From IMG/VR virus record IMGVR_UViG_3300035520_000906: a DNA stretch of 64,000 nt; one strand, given 5' to 3'. The notes beneath the pieces are model-generated. The model saw only the letters and a program-made list of their open reading frames with translations, was not told the origin of the DNA and did no database searches. Origin of the DNA: an uncultured virus (IMG/VR IMGVR_UViG_3300035520_000906) (Duplodnaviria; Heunggongvirae; Uroviricota; Caudoviricetes). Shown in pieces: positions 59,924 to 64,000 of this stretch; the stretch's first letter is position 1; every line of letters starts with the position of its first letter. The position numbers and the translations under genes were made by a program.

Positions 59924-62900
59924 TTACATTACCCCCATACTCTCAAGTGCCTTATTCTGGAATTTTATCATGTCATCTGCTGATAAGTTCTCTCTTAAAG
60001 CAATGTCTGCTGCATATCTCAGTGCTCTTCCACCAACACTATTAGTTACATTTAATTGTTCAAGTAATTTTGTTTGAACATCTATTAGCTGCTCAAGGCT
60101 AAGATTATTCTGCATACATACATCTGCTGACAACTTAAGTGCCCTTACACTTAAATCTTGAGTTTCTGGTTGCTGTACTTGCTGTGGTGATTGATTCTCC
60201 ATATTAACATCAAAAGTATCATTATTAGCAGTAGGTGCTCCACCACTTCTTGAAACCCCAATGTATTTATTCAACCATTCTCTCATTTTATTAGTACTAG
60301 GTACATCATAGTAATTCATCTCTCCAGAGTTCAATGCATCCATGTATCCAAGTAGTATTGAGAAGTTAGCACTTCTTGGTGAACCGCTGTTCAACTGCTG
60401 ATATGCATTCCTTACTACTGTTGCCTGATTTATACCTAGTTTATTTGTTATATAAATATAGTTACTTATTATTGCTGTTACGCTTAATAAACCTTTATTT
60501 GAATCTCTTCCTGTGTCGCTATAATCATAATCATTATTTATTAGTAATCTTTCAAAGTTATATTTATTATTGTTAGGTTGTTCTGCTTGTTTATCATTGT
60601 ATATTCCATAAAAGAATTTTTGAAGTACCCCATCCTGTATGTTCATACCTATAATATGTGATGTAGGACCTATAGTTCTGTTCTTATTAGGATTTGCTCT
60701 TCTATTATTGTCTGTATTACCTGTTGTAGGTGTAACAGCTCCCATACTATGTGCACTTGAGCCTGCTGCATATGTATTGCTGCCACTTTCAACTGCACCA
60801 ACACTATGTGCACTGGAACCTGCACTAAAGTTACCTTGACTTTGTGTTGATGTATTTTGTGTTGATGCACCAAAAATATTTTGTGAGTTGTCTTGTGCTG
60901 TTGCTGATGATGGTGTTGCTCCATTAGATGCCCCCATATTTATAATGTCACTTGCATCATCATTATTTGCTTCTCCACTTTCTTCATCATGTATTAATCC
61001 ATCATCACTACCTTGTGCACCATTCTCTATATAATCATATATAGTCATATCATTATTAAGTGCATTGGTTAATTGTCCAGTTGTAAACATAGAATCACTT
61101 TTTGCTGAATACATGTATGCTTCAACACTGTTATATGGATACTGTTTTCCATCTTTATTATCGCCAACAATACCAAGCATATTTAGTACTATCCATACTT
61201 CTCTATATCCAGCTCCTAATACTTGTTTGATGTCAAAGTCATCACTGGAATATTTTCCTATGTATTCCATAAGTCCAGGAAATCCAACTAATGGGTTAGC
61301 ATCTCCAACTTGATAACCAAGTGAAAGTGCAGCCTCGTTTTCAGATGTTACTATCATGTCACTATCTATTACATCTTGTTTAACATCTGGGTTTGTAATA
61401 TTTTTCAACAATGATCCAGAATACTGTCCACCTTTACCAGTATCAACATTAAAGTCAGCATCATTCAATACCATAGTGGTTTTCATAATGACTGTGTTAT
61501 CTTCTGTTGGTGTATTACTTGTAGATAAACCGAAATATCCTGTGCCTATCATTCCAACACCAGGTATACTTTTAGCAAGTCCATACTGGCTGCCACCTAC
61601 TGTTCCTCTACCAAGAAACTTAGCTGAACATTTTAGCATCATGTTCTGGAAAGGTCCCTTCCAGTCGCTTGCATTTGGTTGCTGTCCAAGTATTAATGCA
61701 CCCATGTTTCCTAATCCACCGTTTGTGTTAAGGAATGTTGTGGCTGCTGAACCTACAGATGAATATAATGCAGCCAGCTTGACTAGATATTTATGTTCTG
61801 CTGATTCTTCTGCTTTACCCTTTGGTTTATACTTATCTCTCAAGGTATTTAATATTTTACTGGTGTCTTCTATTGACTTGCTACATTGTTGAGCCTCATC
61901 TAGTACAAAGAACATTTTATGCTTCTTGGACAACTTACCTGATACTCTTGCTGCACCAATAAGATTCATTACTTGCACACCTTTAACATATGGTATTGCA
62001 TGCAGTTCACCTGCTAATGCATCACCTAATGATTTTGGTGACCCATATCCTGCTACATAGTTTCTTACAGGCACTACATCTTCGAGTTTAGATGTCTGTC
62101 CGTCTATTGCTAGTGTCCTTACACCATACTTTCTCTCAAGTTTCCAAAATGCTCCAGCCATATCAGGCTTGTAGTCTAGATATACTACTGGACATTTTGC
62201 AGCTAACATAGATGCTAATAAACTCATTGTTAGAACACCCTTACCAGAACGAGTTCCTGCTACAACACCTATTGATACGTATGAATTATTATCTAGGTTA
62301 AATTCAACTGGATTCCCACTTAAGTCTGTTCCTACTATTGTATGTGATAAGTCTATTGATCCTCCAGATTGTATAACTTTGCCTAGTGTCTTATATGCAA
62401 AGTTTATCTCGCCTCTGTACTTATCCTTGTTAGTTACTACAAGTGACTGAAGTACTCCACCTTTTATGTCGTCACCCATAATCTCATATTCACTTAAATC
62501 CTTATTTAATGGATTTGAATTTATAATTGTCTTTGTTAATTCTACAAGTTTATTATTTTTACTTAATGATGTACTGTATGCTGTTATTCTAAATGCTTTT
62601 TCTACATCAAATTCGTTCACCATAAATATTGTTGTGTACAATTCTTGTATGGATGTCATTGCAGTTTTTAATACAGCATCATTATTACTATTTATTCTCT
62701 TTAGTAAAGCTAAAATTGTTGGTTTGAACTCAACATTAAGTTTTGACTTAAACTCACTCCATGTTTTCGCTCTTTTCAGTAATCCTGTCTCTTTATCTCT
62801 GTAAACTCCCATAGAGTTTCTTACTTGAATATGTGGAGCATAATTATATTCAAGTGTTCCATCACTATGCATCCATCCAGCTTTGATATCCATTCCATCA

Positions 62901-64000
62901 TCACCAACTTTTGGAGCTTCTCTTATGTCTTGCCCAGCAAGATTTCTTATTGCTTCATACATTGGTGCTATGAATATTCTTATCTTTTTAAGCTCATGTA
63001 CTTTTACACCAGTACCTGTATCAGCACTACCTACTGACATTATGCTGTATTTCTTTGTTTCATTGTTATAAAACATAACACCTTTTGGTGGATTTTGAAA
63101 TAATGGTCCATATATTTTTGAGTATATGTTCATTATATTTGATATTGTATTATTTACATAGTACTCAAGTTCATCATCTGGTAGTCTATCTTCTTCTGTT
63201 AGATCATCTGCTGTACCAGATACTTTGCCATCTTTAAGTTCTTTCTGTCTCTTTTCTTCCTTTTCCTGTTCTTTTTTCTCTATTTCTTGTTGTGACTCTA
63301 CTTCATTTCCGTTTTCATCTAATAATAATCCACCATCTTCATTGGATGCTCCATCATATTTTTCGGATGTGTCTGAAGGTGATATTTCATTTCCATTTTC
63401 ATCAAGTACAAAGTCACCTGCATCCCCAGTTGCGTCTTCAGAAGTTTCCTCAGTTGTTTCCTCTGAACCTACTTCGTTACCGTTTTCATCAAGTATGATG
63501 CCCTCATCATCAGAAAAATCAGATTCTTCTGTTGTCTCAGATTCTTCTGTTGTTTCAGTCTCATCTGTTGCTTCTGTTTCTTCTTGTGACGATTCATCTA
63601 ATGCTTCTGCTGTTGTTGCTTCTTGTGCTGGTTGCTCAGCTGAAAAGTCATCCATTACAGGTGCTGCTTCTTCTACTTGTGTTGGTTGTTCAGTAGATTC
63701 CTTCTCCAAACTTACTGATGGAGCTACTGGTGTCTCTTCTTGTGCTGGCTCATCAAAAAGTTTAGCTGTAAGATTTTTAATCTCATCAGTAGAATCTGGT
63801 ATACTAGCTGCATCTGTTAACTCAACTGCTTCTTTCTCTGTTATGGTCTTCATACCAAATGTTTTAATTGCATTTGATATGTCATTACCTTTGATTGTAT
63901 CAGCTACCTGTATACCATGTTCAGGCATCCATGAATGTAATTCTGAATACATTTTCTTGAATGCATTAGTATCTCTATTTCCACCGTTATTCTTAACTAC
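59924..64000 (-). CDS. Very large FtsK/HerA-superfamily P-loop ATPase (VirD4/TraG-like), 5' end outside window
   Basis: Walker A AGTRSGKG, VVYLDYK, Walker B FFVLDEAQ, LILGQ; the frame is open from 63952 to 64000 (VVKNNGGNRDTNAFKKMYSE). Confidence 0.75.
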   Translation of the reverse strand, partial: VVKNNGGNRDTNAFKKMYSELHSWMPEHGIQVADTIKGNDISNAIKTFGMKTITEKEAVELTDAASIPDSTDEIKNLTAKLFDEPAQEETPVAPSVSLEKESTEQPTQVEEAAPVMDDFSAEQPAQEATTAEALDESSQEETEATDETETTEESETTEESDFSDDEGIILDENGNEVGSEETTEETSEDATGDAGDFVLDENGNEISPSDTSEKYDGASNEDGGLLLDENGNEVESQQEIEKKEQEKEEKRQKELKDGKVSGTADDLTEEDRLPDDELEYYVNNTISNIMNIYSKIYGPLFQNPPKGVMFYNNETKKYSIMSVGSADTGTGVKVHELKKIRIFIAPMYEAIRNLAGQDIREAPKVGDDGMDIKAGWMHSDGTLEYNYAPHIQVRNSMGVYRDKETGLLKRAKTWSEFKSKLNVEFKPTILALLKRINSNNDAVLKTAMTSIQELYTTIFMVNEFDVEKAFRITAYSTSLSKNNKLVELTKTIINSNPLNKDLSEYEIMGDDIKGGVLQSLVVTNKDKYRGEINFAYKTLGKVIQSGGSIDLSHTIVGTDLSGNPVEFNLDNNSYVSIGVVAGTRSGKGVLTMSLLASMLAAKCPVVYLDYKPDMAGAFWKLERKYGVRTLAIDGQTSKLEDVVPVRNYVAGYGSPKSLGDALAGELHAIPYVKGVQVMNLIGAARVSGKLSKKHKMFFVLDEAQQCSKSIEDTSKILNTLRDKYKPKGKAEESAEHKYLVKLAALYSSVGSAATTFLNTNGGLGNMGALILGQQPNASDWKGPFQNMMLKCSAKFLGRGTVGGSQYGLAKSIPGVGMIGTGYFGLSTSNTPTEDNTVIMKTTMVLNDADFNVDTGKGGQYSGSLLKNITNPDVKQDVIDSDMIVTSENEAALSLGYQVGDANPLVGFPGLMEYIGKYSSDDFDIKQVLGAGYREVWIVLNMLGIVGDNKDGKQYPYNSVEAYMYSAKSDSMFTTGQLTNALNNDMTIYDYIENGAQGSDDGLIHDEESGEANNDDASDIINMGASNGATPSSATAQDNSQNIFGASTQNTSTQSQGNFSAGSSAHSVGAVESGSNTYAAGSSAHSMGAVTPTTGNTDNNRRANPNKNRTIGPTSHIIGMNIQDGVLQKFFYGIYNDKQAEQPNNNKYNFERLLINNDYDYSDTGRDSNKGLLSVTAIISNYIYITNKLGINQATVVRNAYQQLNSGSPRSANFSILLGYMDALNSGEMNYYDVPSTNKMREWLNKYIGVSRSGGAPTANNDTFDVNMENQSPQQVQQPETQDLSVRALKLSADVCMQNNLSLEQLIDVQTKLLEQLNVTNSVGGRALRYAADIALRENLSADDMIKFQNKALESMGVM

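Noticed and set aside
15958..60924. Nested minus-strand ORFs 15958..16170, 52602..52901, 59592..59855, 60670..60924
   Set aside because: Out-of-frame by-products of low-complexity Q/N-rich coding within larger genes.
528..63498. All plus-strand ORFs in the supplied track
   Set aside because: They are antisense shadows of minus-strand genes, rich in L/S/F/I, without RBSs or recognisable motifs.
1..64000. Alternative genetic code (TGA or TAG recoding)
   Set aside because: Long genes are intact in code 11. TGA stops form ATGA/GTGA overlaps with the next start (14371, 25740, 44213) and TAG-terminated genes abut their neighbours. The TGA at 11526 is an isolated case.
1..64000. tRNA, rRNA and phage structural genes
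   Set aside because: No cloverleaf or rRNA-like GC-rich tracts and no capsid, portal or terminase motifs recognised by eye; a covariance-model or HMM search would be needed to exclude them fully.

Overview
AT-rich window (roughly 28-30% GC by eye) in which essentially every credible gene lies on the minus strand, reads in standard code 11 and carries Firmicutes-type RBSs (AGGAGG/GGAG). I see no rRNA, tRNA, CRISPR array, ribosomal or core metabolic operon, and no capsid or terminase gene. The content fits the accessory region of a large mobile or extrachromosomal replicon (jumbo phage, megaplasmid or similar) of a clostridial-type host; this is inference. Recognisable genes: two SMI1/KNR4 proteins, a BspA-type LRR lipoprotein, a GNAT, DUF4869 (with a nonsense codon), an IS1595-like remnant, an R2K-type ATP-grasp protein, a short tyrosine recombinase with a 12-6-12 inverted repeat upstream, and tatB-tatA-tatC followed by a Tat-like substrate, a CxxxC-repeat protein and a CXXX-system accessory-like protein. 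Further along are GtrA, a J-domain protein, an M4 metallopeptidase, FtsH, YhaM and a very large VirD4/TraG-like ATPase that runs off the window. The most striking feature is a 25-kb tandem array (23790-49018) of 37 highly diverged genes. They share one short protein-level motif (approx. E/K-h-h-h-Y-[ST]-K-E-E-h-h-x-x-h-h) embedded in a ~115-140-aa unit present once or twice per gene. Non-coding signals include two phased ACTAGT-core repeat loci (4.8 kb and 45 kb), a DnaA-box/AT-rich cluster at 58.3 kb and many terminator hairpins.
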